Assembly: GCF_039654945.1 (NCBI RefSeq)
Contig: NW_027361792.1
Span: forward strand, 1-64,000
DNA: 64,000 bases
Origin: Dendrobates tinctorius
Taxonomy: Eukaryota
Reading direction: 5' to 3'
A program made the position numbers and the translations under genes. A model generated the notes under the pieces. It ran no database searches, was not told where the DNA came from, and saw only the letters and a program-made list of their open reading frames with translations. Shown in pieces: positions 63,172 through 64,000 of the stretch; position 1 is the stretch's first letter, and the number at the start of each line of letters is the position of its first letter.

Positions 63172-64000
63172 CAGACTGCTCAGCCAATCGCTGGCCTCAC
63201 TGGTGCCCCGCCTCAGTCCGACTGCTCAGCCAATCACTGGTGCCCCGCCTCAGTCCGACTGCTCAGCCAATCACTGGTGCCCCGCCTCAGTCCGACTGCT
63301 CAGCCAATCACTGGTGCCCCGCCTCAGTCCGACTGCTCAGCCAATCACTGGTGCCCCGCCTCAGTCCGACTGCTCAGCCAATCACTGGTGCCCCGCCTCA
63401 GTCCGACTGCTCAGTCAATCGCTGGCCTCACTGGTGCCCCACCTCAGTCCGACTGCTCAGCCAATCACTGGTGCCCCGCCTCAGTCCAACTGCTCAGCCA
63501 ATCACTGGTGCCCCGCCTCAGTCCGACTGCTCAGCCAATCACTGGTGCCCCGCCTCAGTCTGACTGATCAGCCAATTGCTGGCCTCACTGGTGCCCCGCC
63601 TCAATCCGACTGCTCAGCCAATCACTGGTGCCCCGCCTCAGTCCGACTGCTCAGCCAATCGCTGGCCTCACTGGTGCCCCGCCTCAATCCGACTGCTCAG
63701 CCAATCACTGGTGCCCCGCCTCAGTCCGACTGCTCAGCCAATCACTGGTGCCCCGCCTCAGTCCGACTGCTCAGCCAATCACTGGTGCCCCGCCTCAGTC
63801 CGACTGCTCAGCCAATCACTGGTGCCCCGCCTCAGTCCGACTGCTCAGCCAATCGCTGGCCTCACTGGTGCCCCGCCTCAGTCCGACTGATCAGCCAATC
63901 ACTGGTGCCCCGCCTCAGTCCGACTGATCAGCCAATCACTGGTGCCCCGCCTCAGTCGGACTGCTCAGCCAATCGCTGGCCTCACTGGTGCCCCGCCTCA
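63172..64000. repeat. Minisatellite, ~37-bp unit (CAGCCAATCACTGGTGCCCCGCCTCAGTCCGACTGCT), runs off the window end
   Basis: Tandem copies, some with a GCTGGCCTC insertion. Confidence 0.95.

Overview
Vertebrate genomic DNA, very likely a frog (inferred from the repeat landscape: CR1 and L2 LINEs, a Tc1 element, Harbinger/Kolobok-type MITEs, Penelope-like hammerhead elements and many GC-rich minisatellites). Three spliced genes can be assembled with GT-AG junctions and continuous reading frames: FNBP4 (+, 17 coding exons, 1824-13140, about 913 aa), AGBL2/CCP2 (-, 20 coding exons, 38551-15237, about 970 aa, 3' end less certain) and MTCH2 (+, 13 exons, 39822-59327, 296 aa). AGBL2 and MTCH2 are head-to-head. 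The most unexpected element is a fourth gene nested antisense in MTCH2 intron 1. It is a group X-like secreted phospholipase A2 with an intron-less CDS (46307-45669), a signal peptide, a furin-type RQRR site, an intact Ca2+ loop and His/Asp catalytic residues, 16 Cys and a long polybasic C-terminal tail, plus its own TATA box and a 5'-UTR intron. Second, the introns contain several fold-back (long inverted repeat) insertions carrying minimal hammerhead-ribozyme motifs, one of them flanked by a 14-bp target-site duplication. Most long ORFs in the supplied track are translations of minisatellites. All coordinates were read by eye and may be off by a few bases.
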